Source of the DNA: an uncultured virus (IMG/VR IMGVR_UViG_3300009154_000048)
Taxonomy: Duplodnaviria > Heunggongvirae > Uroviricota > Caudoviricetes
IMG/VR virus record: IMGVR_UViG_3300009154_000048
Reading direction: 5' to 3' (one strand)
Length of the DNA: 64,000 nt
Below, piece after piece: positions 42,048-50,576 of the stretch. The first letter of the stretch is position 1; each line of letters begins with the position of its first letter. Made by a program: the position numbers and the translations under genes. The notes under the pieces are model-generated. The model was not told the DNA's origin, searched no databases, and was given only the letters and a program-made list of their open reading frames with translations.

Positions 42048-43310
42048 TTAGTTGCTATCGTTATCCACATCGACGCGAACCACATCACCGAACGGGGGCT
42101 GAACCGATTGGTTGGTCAGCACCCAAAGCACATCGAACTTGCTGGTCGGATCGTCACCGAAGTTGCCGTAACCATCGGTGAAGAACACCGTATAGTCGGG
42201 CTGGATACGCTTCTCAATGAGGTGCTGGAACACGGGGGCGAAGTCAGTGCCGCCGCCGCCTTGAAGGTCGGGCAGAGGCTCATAAGGATCAATCCAACGC
42301 GACTCATACACGCCCGCATCACAGTCGAGGAAGTACACCTTGGCATTGAACTTCCGGCGAATGTCCTCCAACTCCCCGATGGCTTGCTTCAAGTCTTGCT
42401 CGCTCATTGAACCAGAAGTGTCAATGGCAAAGGCAATCTTGGGAGCATCGGGGCCGATGTTGCTCGGGAAGATGTAGGGAGCCGAAAGGAACCGCCGGTT
42501 AGGCACAGACCATGTAATGTCACGCGACGACTTACGGGAAGCACCGAACCGCAACTTCTGCCGAAGGGCTTGCAGCCAATTCACCTTGGGCTTGAGATAG
42601 CCCACGATCACCCGCTCCATCCCCGATGGCATGGAACCTTGATTCTTGGCACAAGTGTAAGCCTCACAGATGGCAGACCGGATATAGTCCTTCATCTCTT
42701 GATCGTGCTGCTCCTTGCTCTGCCCCGGCTTCTTCTCGGGCAGAGGGACGCGACGATCACGAATGACAACCACATCACCATCCCCCGGCATCTCGCCATC
42801 ACCCTCACCATCACCGTCACCGTTGAGATCAACGACAAACACCTTGCGACCGCCAGTGCCGTTCTTCTCCAAATCCTCGTAGATCCGCTCCGCAGTCATG
42901 CCATCGTACTTCTCGTCAAGAAGCGTTTCCTTGATGAGAAAGTCGGGCTTGTCAAACTGATGCTTGAGCATGAGGTTGATGGCATAGTCCGTAGCCATGT
43001 TCCACATCATGTGTTCACGGCTACCCATGCGACCGCTATGCTCAAAAATGAAGTGACACAGTTCGTGAGCGACAAGGAAAAGGAACTGCTTGACCGTCAA
43101 CTTGTCATAGAAGTCCAAGTTGAAAATCACATTCCCAAACTTGTCGATGCAAGCGGTCTGGCAGAAATGATCCTTGCCAGCCACCACGCTGAAACTGCAC
43201 CGCTCACTCATCACACCCCAAAAAGGGAACTCGCGGGCGAAGGCGAGCATCACGATGTTCATGTTCTTCGTGAACTGGTCGATCCGGCTTTTATCAATCG
43301 TTGCGTTCAT
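42048..43310 (-). CDS. DUF2201-type metallopeptidase-like plus VWA domain protein
   Basis: AHELCH (HExxH), WN.A.D..IN, IDTSGSMS MIDAS, GGGGTDF, FTDG. Confidence 0.85.
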   Translation of the reverse strand: MNATIDKSRIDQFTKNMNIVMLAFAREFPFWGVMSERCSFSVVAGKDHFCQTACIDKFGNVIFNLDFYDKLTVKQFLFLVAHELCHFIFEHSGRMGSREHMMWNMATDYAINLMLKHQFDKPDFLIKETLLDEKYDGMTAERIYEDLEKNGTGGRKVFVVDLNGDGDGEGDGEMPGDGDVVVIRDRRVPLPEKKPGQSKEQHDQEMKDYIRSAICEAYTCAKNQGSMPSGMERVIVGYLKPKVNWLQALRQKLRFGASRKSSRDITWSVPNRRFLSAPYIFPSNIGPDAPKIAFAIDTSGSMSEQDLKQAIGELEDIRRKFNAKVYFLDCDAGVYESRWIDPYEPLPDLQGGGGTDFAPVFQHLIEKRIQPDYTVFFTDGYGNFGDDPTSKFDVLWVLTNQSVQPPFGDVVRVDVDNDSN

Positions 43311-43368
43311 GGTTTGTCTCCTTGTACCTTCTCAACCATCCAAGATGATATTTTCAGGAAAGGAACCC

Positions 43369-43406
43369 CCGTCCCCCCGAAGGTAGCGAACCCATCGGGG
43401 GGACGG
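43369..43406. terminator. GC hairpin between the AAA and VWA genes
   Basis: CCGTCCCCCGA / TCGGGGGACGG. Confidence 0.45.
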
Positions 43407-43422
43407 TGGCCCACACGCTTTC

Positions 43423-44514
43423 TCAAGTCACGGTGATAGCACCGTGGAGGATTTCACTGTTGGCCTTGATCCAAGCCGCGACAGCCTTGCTGTGGAACAG
43501 TGCCGTCTTGATCTTCTCGGGAGCCGTCAGCATGATGCGACGGTAGAACAGCGAGGCCGGTTCGGGCGAGATACCCGAAATCACCTTGACGCAGTTCTCC
43601 AACACCTTCTCGGGAGTCTCATGCGACAGAAGATGCGATGCGATAGCGTTAGCCACCGCATACGCCACCGAAATCTCCCGCCGGTTCTCAGTGAAAGTCT
43701 CCTTACCCTCCACCAGACGAGCGATGTTCGGGAGCGATGCACACACCTTGAGGTACGCACAGAACTCCGACGAAACCGCACCCACGCAAGCCCGAATCTG
43801 GCTCATCGCGTTCTGCCCAGCCTTGAGCCGCTTGCTCACATAGCACCACGACCGGGGATTGGCCGACGCACTATACTCGTCCTTACGCCCCGCAAGCAGC
43901 GAGGACGGCGAGAACGAGATGTAGCCGATCACATCTTCATGGACACCATTCTGCATCGCCCACTTCGTCCAGTGGTGATGGTCGGGACTGTAGTCATAGA
44001 TCGCAAAACGATCCAGAAGGGCAGCCGACAGCGGATAGGTATGAGCACGATCCTCTGCCCGATTCGCCGCAGCACAGATGTACCACGACCGGGGCAGCGT
44101 ATGCTTGCCAATCCGACGATCCAGCACCAACTGCAAGGCCGGATTCTGAACCGAAGGCTGGGCCGTGTTCAACTCGTCCAAGAACACGATGCCCTTCTTA
44201 TACAACTTGCCCTCCGAAACAATCCCAGCCTCGCCGGGAAGGAACTCGGGACGAACCCACTCAACCGCCACCGGATTCTTGTTCTCGTCCTTCTTGATGA
44301 TCGGAAGGCCACGCATGTCGATGGCTTCCAGACTGTTCAGCCGAAGGTCGATCACCAGATCGTCCTCGTCCGCAGCCGCTTGGATCTGATCGCTCTTACC
44401 AACCCCCGGCGAACCAAACACCAGCATCGGCTGATCCACCGCACGGCAAGCACGAACCTCCGCCGTCAGATCACCAGAAATCGGATTGCCCTTCTCGATA
44501 AGCGTGTCGGCCAT
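43423..44514 (-). CDS. MoxR/dynein-related AAA+ ATPase
   Basis: GSPGVGKS Walker A, VFLDELN Walker B, AAN, ALLDRF, NPRSW. Confidence 0.88.
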   Translation of the reverse strand: MADTLIEKGNPISGDLTAEVRACRAVDQPMLVFGSPGVGKSDQIQAAADEDDLVIDLRLNSLEAIDMRGLPIIKKDENKNPVAVEWVRPEFLPGEAGIVSEGKLYKKGIVFLDELNTAQPSVQNPALQLVLDRRIGKHTLPRSWYICAAANRAEDRAHTYPLSAALLDRFAIYDYSPDHHHWTKWAMQNGVHEDVIGYISFSPSSLLAGRKDEYSASANPRSWCYVSKRLKAGQNAMSQIRACVGAVSSEFCAYLKVCASLPNIARLVEGKETFTENRREISVAYAVANAIASHLLSHETPEKVLENCVKVISGISPEPASLFYRRIMLTAPEKIKTALFHSKAVAAWIKANSEILHGAITVT

Positions 44515-44679
44515 TTCAGAGTCTCCCTTTGTTTGAAAGCGTGTCGGAACTTCCCACTAACCATCCAGATAAAGATTTTCAGGAACCAAGGAGAGGAACT
44601 AGCAGTTTCGCAGAACTATTGTTCCGTAGAGCCGTGAACCTCTCCTTGGCTGTATCTCTAACCATCCAGATAAAGATTT

Positions 44680-45147
44680 TCAGGAATCTTCTTCGTCATC
44701 ATTCACATCATGATATGAGCCGCCCGTCGAAACAGCCGGCTCTTCTACAGAAGGCACAGTAGGCTCAACACCAGGCACGATCTCTGACGGCGAAGAGAAA
44801 ATCTTAGAACACTTGCCAAAACCATCAAGCACACGATCAAAACGATCTATTGTGCCAATGCCACGCACAAGATGAGAAAACTCCTTCAAAATTTGAACGG
44901 CCAAATCTTGATCTAAATTGCTCTTCTCCACGAAATCCCGAACCAACTTCATCTCACTCAAAGATGGCTCCGATTCAACAACCGGAACCTCATCCTTCGG
45001 CATCCGACCCCGTACACCAAAAACCAAGGCATACGAAACCTCCACGCCACCTTCTGCCAAATCCGAAATGCAATCCTTCACAGAAGACTGGGGATTGCTC
45101 TCAAAATACTTCCGAATCAATTCTGACTTATTGCCGCTGCGCGCCAT
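44680..45147 (-). CDS. Putative DNA-binding protein (NKS..IR family)
   Basis: NKSELIRKYF...L...G.EVS...V..V; SLSE.K.V..FV resembles 52739..52930. Confidence 0.55.
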   Translation of the reverse strand: MARSGNKSELIRKYFESNPQSSVKDCISDLAEGGVEVSYALVFGVRGRMPKDEVPVVESEPSLSEMKLVRDFVEKSNLDQDLAVQILKEFSHLVRGIGTIDRFDRVLDGFGKCSKIFSSPSEIVPGVEPTVPSVEEPAVSTGGSYHDVNDDEEDS

Positions 45148-45494
45148 GTTTTCCTCGTGTTGAAAAAATACTTCAAAAACATTCTAGCAAATTTTTCCGC
45201 CCTTGTAAAGCACCTCTCAAAATCACGGGAAAAACTTCATTTGTTTCAAATAATGGAATCGGTTTTCTTACGATACACGACAAACCCGATCCGAATCAAC
45301 AACATCAGAAATTTGTGCAGGCCTCTTCGCCAATCGCCTCATATAACGATCTTGAAGAACACTGTCAATCCAGCCAAGAAAATAAAAACCCAAATCACCC
45401 AACTTGCAAACAAAAGCCAAAAACAAAACCATTCCCATCATCGTTCCCAAATACATCACAACAATAAAAATTTCAGTCAACATGCAGATCTCCT

Positions 45495-45947
45495 TTAAAA
45501 AATTCTCTGAGTCGGCTTCAGAAGAGTAGAAGTTTCCTTGACGGACTGCGAGAGGTGCCGCTGCTCCTCCTTCATAGCCCTACGACTGATGGCCAACGTC
45601 TGCGCAGCCCTTTCTGTGAGATTCTGGACTTCCACAAACGCAGTCTCCCTCAGACCCCTTCGAATCTGCCTCTTGGCTCGAGTCTGCCTCATGCCGGGAA
45701 CCTCAACAGCCGCTTGCATGTCAGTGAGAAGACGAACTCCCACATTGATGTCAACGAAACATGTGATGTGCCGGCGCTTGAGAATGTCCCGGATCAACCT
45801 CTTCACAATGGTTCTTCCACCAAGATCATCCCTCCCTAGGCCCATGATCCTCTCAATATCCTCCCAACGAACAGTGTCGCCCTTCCCATACTTATGGAAA
45901 TAAGAAAAAAGACTGTCCACAACGCTCTTGTACTTGTCAGCTTTCAT
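45495..45947 (-). CDS. Basic accessory protein, last gene of the RAMP/array locus (possible wHTH plus helical tail)
   Basis: AAGGAGA RBS immediately downstream of the last array hairpin; Arg-rich. Confidence 0.7.
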   Translation of the reverse strand: MKADKYKSVVDSLFSYFHKYGKGDTVRWEDIERIMGLGRDDLGGRTIVKRLIRDILKRRHITCFVDINVGVRLLTDMQAAVEVPGMRQTRAKRQIRRGLRETAFVEVQNLTERAAQTLAISRRAMKEEQRHLSQSVKETSTLLKPTQRIF

Positions 45948-45961
45948 GTTTTCTCCTTGTT

Positions 45962-46700
45962 ATGAGCCATTGGCTCCCATGCCATGCCCTACCGCGCCTG
46001 GCCGCACCTAACCCGACCGTGCCGCACCACACCTAATGTTGTAATGAGCCATAGGCTCCCATGCCGTACCTTACCGGACCATACCATACCATACCCAGCC
46101 ACGCCCTACCCTACCGAACCGTGTATTGTAATGAGCCATTGGCTCCCATGCCTTGCCCGGCCAAGCCCGACCTAGCCCTACCACTCCTTACCTCACCCTT
46201 TTGATTTTTATGAGCCATTGGCTCCCATGCCGCACCCCGCCGAGCCAGACCTGACCTAACCTCGCCAAGCCACACCGAACCATAAATTTTAAATGAGCCA
46301 TTGGCTCCCATGCCGCACCCCGCCGAGCCAGACCTGACCTAACCTCGCCAAGCCACACCGAACCATAAATTTTAAATGAGCCATTGGCTCCCTCGCCTAG
46401 CCAGGCCATGCCATGCCATGCCGCACCATGCCGTACCTCACCGATTCCATCAATTTTGTAAATGAGCCATTGGCTCCCTCGCCTTACCATGCCATGCCGC
46501 ACCTTGCCTTACCTCACCGCACCCAACCGAGCCGCTTCCATCAATGTTGTAAATGAGCCATTGGCTCCCTTGCCAGACCAGACCCAGCCTCACCTCGCCC
46601 AGCCATGCCAGACCCAACCGTGTATTGTAAATGAGCCATTGGCTCCCTTGCCTCGCCGCACCACGCCGAGCCAGACCCGACCTCACCTTGCCATGCCACT
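45962..46700 (-). ncRNA. Array 1: nine GGY-NN pentamer units, each ending in GGGAGCCAATGGCTCAT (candidate guide RNAs)
   Basis: Plus-strand ATGAGCCATTGGCTCCC at 45962, 46044 (one variant base), 46131, 46210, 46293, 46376, 46462, 46553, 46631, each followed by 10-12 NN-RCC pentamers and an AT-rich linker. Confidence 0.9.
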
Positions 46701-47339
46701 TTAAGCCAAAGCCTCAACCAGCCCAATTTCTTTGCTCAGTTCTACATTGAAAGCACCAAATCTACCAGTGCCACACCAATCTCCAAGACCAACGTGTTCG
46801 CCAGCATTGTCGAAAACTTCTTTCAAAACACTTGCACACTCATCGGTCACAATGATAGATCCTCTCAACTCCCAATTCTTGAAAATTGGGCGAACCCTTA
46901 CAATTTTTGTTTTTCCAACTATTACGCGTTTGACCCACAGATCAAAACCATGTTTGCGAACTCGAGCCCGTTGATCTTCAAAGTTCTCGTGTCTGTTTTC
47001 CAAAAACTCCGCAATGTTGATTTGCTGACCGTTGTTTGAAAAGATCAAACTCTCCTCATCAATCAATGAAGACGTAGCGAACTTCGGCATGATGGGCGAC
47101 CCACCACAGCAAAAATCGTCTGTGCCCTTCAATGTTCTACCCGAACGAACAAGACAAGCAGTCAAATTGTCGCCGGGAATCGTAAAGAATCCCTCTTTAT
47201 CTAATTCCAACCTTGTTTGCCAATACCAAGAAGGATCCCTTTGATCAAAATTATTGAAAGTAGTCCCATCGGAATGTGAATTCATCAGAAGAGGGGAGTT
47301 GTCTTTTCCCTTTAGCACAAACTCAAACTTGTTTTTCAT
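46701..47339 (-). CDS. RAMP/Cas7-like (Vipr-like) protein, paralog 2
   Basis: LKG...SPLLM, WQT, IPGDNL..CL...G, VRVRP.F..W...G.I.V, Gly-rich loop VGLGDW...GRFG.F. Confidence 0.7.
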   Translation of the reverse strand: MKNKFEFVLKGKDNSPLLMNSHSDGTTFNNFDQRDPSWYWQTRLELDKEGFFTIPGDNLTACLVRSGRTLKGTDDFCCGGSPIMPKFATSSLIDEESLIFSNNGQQINIAEFLENRHENFEDQRARVRKHGFDLWVKRVIVGKTKIVRVRPIFKNWELRGSIIVTDECASVLKEVFDNAGEHVGLGDWCGTGRFGAFNVELSKEIGLVEALA

Positions 47340-47361
47340 AAATCACCTTTTTATTATTGTT

Positions 47362-48045
47362 ATGAGCCATTGGCTCCCTAGCCTAACCTCGCCAGACCGG
47401 GCCATGCCTCGCCATGCCTTACCGGACCTGACCAGACCGTATTGTAGTACCACGCCTTACCTTCCGGCATAGCCTTTTCAGGATCGAGATGTGTGACTGT
47501 GGTGACAATAAATGAGCCATTGGCTCCCATGCCTAGCCGGACCGGACCTTGCCATGCCTTGCCGCACCACACCCTGCCGAACCGCTTCCATTAATTTTGT
47601 TATGAGCCATTGGCTCCCTTGCCTTGCCCGGCCATGCCATACCGCGCCTTGCCATGCCTTGCCCCGCCCGGCCCTTGCTTCAAATGTTGTAAATGAGCCA
47701 TTGGCTCCCTCGCCCTACCTCGCCAGACCCAACCTCGCCCCGCCGAGCCAAACCTAACCCCGCGTATTTTATAATGAGCCATTGGCTCCCATGCCAGACC
47801 TAACCCGGCCTTGCCGAGCCCCGCCAGACCGGACCTCGCCATGCCCTACCGGGCCGAACCGCTTTCCTCAATTTTGTAAATGAGCCATTGGCTCCCTAGC
47901 CTCGCCGCACCACGCCGAGCCATGCCATGCCGTGCCCCGCCGTGCCGGACCTAACCATCAATTTTGTAAATGAGCCATTGGCTCCCTCGCCTTACCACAC
48001 CTGGCCTTACCACGCCTTGCCTAACCTCGCCACGCCAAACCATAC
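47362..48045 (-). ncRNA. Array 2: seven GGY-NN pentamer units with the same terminal hairpin
   Basis: Conserved 17-mer at 47362, 47512, 47602, 47693, 47774, 47880, 47970; 10-14 pentamers per unit. Confidence 0.9.
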
Positions 48046-48050
48046 AATTG

Positions 48051-48084
48051 CCTCCCGGTGCGAGCCAATTCCCGCACCGGGAGG
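48051..48084. other. 12-bp hairpin between the paralog 1 stop and array 2 (processing/stability element)
   Basis: CCTCCCGGTGCG / CGCACCGGGAGG. Confidence 0.65.
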
Positions 48085-48090
48085 AATAAT

Positions 48091-48750
48091 TCACTTGAAC
48101 CTGACCGTAGCCTCAAACATGCCAAACCTACCCGGAGTCTTGCTACCAGGACGCCAATCCCCAAGACCAACCGTTCCAGCCAAGTCAAACAACTCTTGAA
48201 GCTTCTCCGAATCAAATTCTTGAGCAGTAACCTGAATCGTACCACTCGCAGACCACGAACGGAACATAGGCCGCACACGAACATGCTTGCTCTGACCAAC
48301 CGCAGCCCTCTTCACAAGAAGATCAAACCCAGCCTTCTGTGCCCGCTTCTTCTGATCAACAAACTTCTCGTCCCGATGCTCAACAAATTCAGTAACGGGA
48401 ACCGAACTACCCGCATTCCGAAAATCAAGAGTGTCACTAGGAAGACAAAGACCAGTCTGAGTCAACTCCTTGAAAGAAGTCTGCTTCTTCAGAATAATCT
48501 TAGCCCCAGCCTTACACAAACAACGCATCAAGTTGTCCGAAGGAATCGACAAATTACCCCGCTCATCCAAATACCAGTAAGTCTGCCAAGTCCAAGCAGG
48601 ACTCCGATCATCACCAGCAACACTCTGGTTCTTGTTGCCAGGACTCTTCCGCCAATCCTTCAACAAATCAGAAGCCTCAACGTCATCCGCGTGCATCAGA
48701 AGAGGAGTAAGTCCCTTCAAATTGAATTCAGCCGTCCTAATGTTCTTCAT
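48091..48750 (-). CDS. RAMP/Cas7-like (Vipr-like) protein, paralog 1
   Basis: LKGLTPLLMH, IPSDNL..CL..AG, VRVRPMF.SW...G, VGLGDWRP...GRFG.F; probable ATG start at 48750. Confidence 0.75.
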   Translation of the reverse strand: MKNIRTAEFNLKGLTPLLMHADDVEASDLLKDWRKSPGNKNQSVAGDDRSPAWTWQTYWYLDERGNLSIPSDNLMRCLCKAGAKIILKKQTSFKELTQTGLCLPSDTLDFRNAGSSVPVTEFVEHRDEKFVDQKKRAQKAGFDLLVKRAAVGQSKHVRVRPMFRSWSASGTIQVTAQEFDSEKLQELFDLAGTVGLGDWRPGSKTPGRFGMFEATVRFK

Positions 48751-48774
48751 TTTTATCCCTTTCAAAAGGCATTC

Positions 48775-48850
48775 TAGTTCAAAAACAGAAAGTGTAAAGC
48801 AACGTTAATCCAAGGCTATCTTAGTTCAAAAACAAACACTGTAAAGCAAC
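48775..48850. promoter_or_regulatory. Two 29-bp direct repeats upstream of the RAMP locus
   Basis: TAGTTCAAAAACA.....TGTAAAGCAAC at 48775-48803 and 48822-48850 (26/29 identical). Confidence 0.6.
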
Positions 48851-48895
48851 TGTCGGCACATGCTCCAAAATCAAACCGGCCAGCAGCTCGAAAGC

Positions 48896-49300
48896 TCACC
48901 TCTCAAAATTACCACTACAAGTGGGGATACACCATCCCAACTTTATTCCCAAAGATTCAAGTGTCTCCATAGTGTTGGGCATTACTTTGGGCCACAGTTC
49001 GACGAAATCAAAATGTGAGTTAAAATAAACTTCACTGTAGAACACATAATAATCATAAACTTCGTCGAAATCTTCGCCCTTTAGTTCTTGCAAGGGATTT
49101 TCAACAAGTCTTTTGAGCTGCTCCTTACAGTCTTCGAAAAACTGGGGAAAGTCGCCTCCTTCCTCAAGGATTCCTACACCCTCGATTGCCTTGACAGCAT
49201 CATGTAGCCCACAGACAATTTCAAGATCCTTTTCGGCAGAATTTTTTATTTTCTGCGCTGATTCGATGATCACATTGTCAAGAATGATCTTTGGTATCAT
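48896..49300 (-). CDS. Hypothetical protein
   Basis: ORF with AAGGA RBS. Confidence 0.6.
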   Translation of the reverse strand: MIPKIILDNVIIESAQKIKNSAEKDLEIVCGLHDAVKAIEGVGILEEGGDFPQFFEDCKEQLKRLVENPLQELKGEDFDEVYDYYVFYSEVYFNSHFDFVELWPKVMPNTMETLESLGIKLGWCIPTCSGNFER

Positions 49301-49374
49301 TTTAATTTCCTTGTCGTTTTCCGTCGTTCCAGTCTTGCAAAGTAACTCTTTGCATTGTGAACTTGAACTCCCCC

Positions 49375-50160
49375 TTAACCCCTCTGAACCTTAGAAATCA
49401 GCTCAGCCCGAGAATCAGAATCCAAATCTTGCATGTACCGAATGGCACGACGCTCACAAACCTCCAAAAACCGGAGATACCGCTTCGACCACACCGAACG
49501 CTTATTGTCAAAACTAAACATCATCATCTTCTGATGCAACTCAGGAACCAAACGACCACCCGTCAAAACTGCATACCTATAGGTCAACTTCGCCCGGTTC
49601 TTCTCCATCAATACAGACTCAAGCCCAGACCAACGGACACCACCAATAGCCTTTAAATACTTCGTCACCATATCAACCGGATCTACCCAATCCCAATCCT
49701 TGTTCCTATGAACCCATACCAAAATATTATCCTCTAACGCAGACCAACGACCTTGAACACAAGTCTTGGCATACTTAACCGCACACTCAAACTCCGTAAG
49801 TATCGTAGCCTCACCCCTCTCCCACCGACCACCAACTACAGAAGAAGCATACGCCAATGAAGCATGTGCACACCCAGAAATAACAGCCTCACCCTTCTCC
49901 CAACGACCTCGCACAACATCCCGAGCATAATTCAATGAACAATTCGAACTACGAATTATCGCCGCCTCACCAGGCTCCCAAGGACCACCCAGCACACTCT
50001 GTGCATATTCCAAAGCATACGCCGGATTATCCGCAACACCCTCCAACTCCCACCGATTCAACTTGACCCCAGCCCGAGCCTTCTTCAACGCATAACGAGG
50101 AGTACAAACATTCGCCGGCCGAGAAACAGTCTCCTTAACCGCCCGCATCTGTCGTCGCAT
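49375..50160 (-). CDS. Helical-repeat protein (YA..V..GRWE.GE repeats)
   Basis: At least 4 repeats of about 25 aa. Confidence 0.75.
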   Translation of the reverse strand: MRRQMRAVKETVSRPANVCTPRYALKKARAGVKLNRWELEGVADNPAYALEYAQSVLGGPWEPGEAAIIRSSNCSLNYARDVVRGRWEKGEAVISGCAHASLAYASSVVGGRWERGEATILTEFECAVKYAKTCVQGRWSALEDNILVWVHRNKDWDWVDPVDMVTKYLKAIGGVRWSGLESVLMEKNRAKLTYRYAVLTGGRLVPELHQKMMMFSFDNKRSVWSKRYLRFLEVCERRAIRYMQDLDSDSRAELISKVQRG

Positions 50161-50494
50161 CAGAACTCTCCAAATATTCGATGTACATTTTTGACCACTG
50201 ACTGCCTCCACCCAATACCATCCGGGTATGCAAATTCAGGGGAAGAGGACCCCGACGCCTATAAGCCAACCACAAACAAACATAACACAACCCATCCCAA
50301 TCATAAAAATCCACATGGGACCGCAAAGGAAGACGAATGCCAGACTCCTCAACCTCCTTCGGCAACCAATCCTCTAAATAAGGCTGCAAGTCATCCATGA
50401 ACGAAATTATATCTTCTGTGCTCATATTACTCGGAATATCCATCTCGGGAGTCCAATTGTCTATGTAAGACCTAACAGCATCCGAGAAATTCAT
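50135..50494 (-). CDS. Hypothetical protein
   Basis: LH.RM....WSK.Y tail shared with 49375. Confidence 0.6.
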   Translation of the reverse strand: MNFSDAVRSYIDNWTPEMDIPSNMSTEDIISFMDDLQPYLEDWLPKEVEESGIRLPLRSHVDFYDWDGLCYVCLWLAYRRRGPLPLNLHTRMVLGGGSQWSKMYIEYLESSDATTDAGG

Positions 50495-50576
50495 ATTGTT
50501 TCAATAAAAGAAAAGACTTTTCTTACAGAAAAGACAAAAAGAAACAAACAAAAAACAACAACTAAATTTTGTGCGC

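Noticed and set aside
426..44637. Long plus-strand ORFs (426..1337, 15895..16926, 42570..43436, 43444..44637)
   Set aside because: They are antisense shadows of well-supported minus-strand genes.
45962..48045. Canonical CRISPR array
   Set aside because: The constant part is only 17 nt, the 'spacers' are themselves periodic GGY-NN pentamers, and no cas1, cas2 or nuclease gene is visible.
45984..48299. Short ORFs over the arrays (ARHGxAW / MSHWLP-like peptides)
   Set aside because: They are by-products of the 5-nt periodicity, occur in several frames on both strands, and have no RBS.
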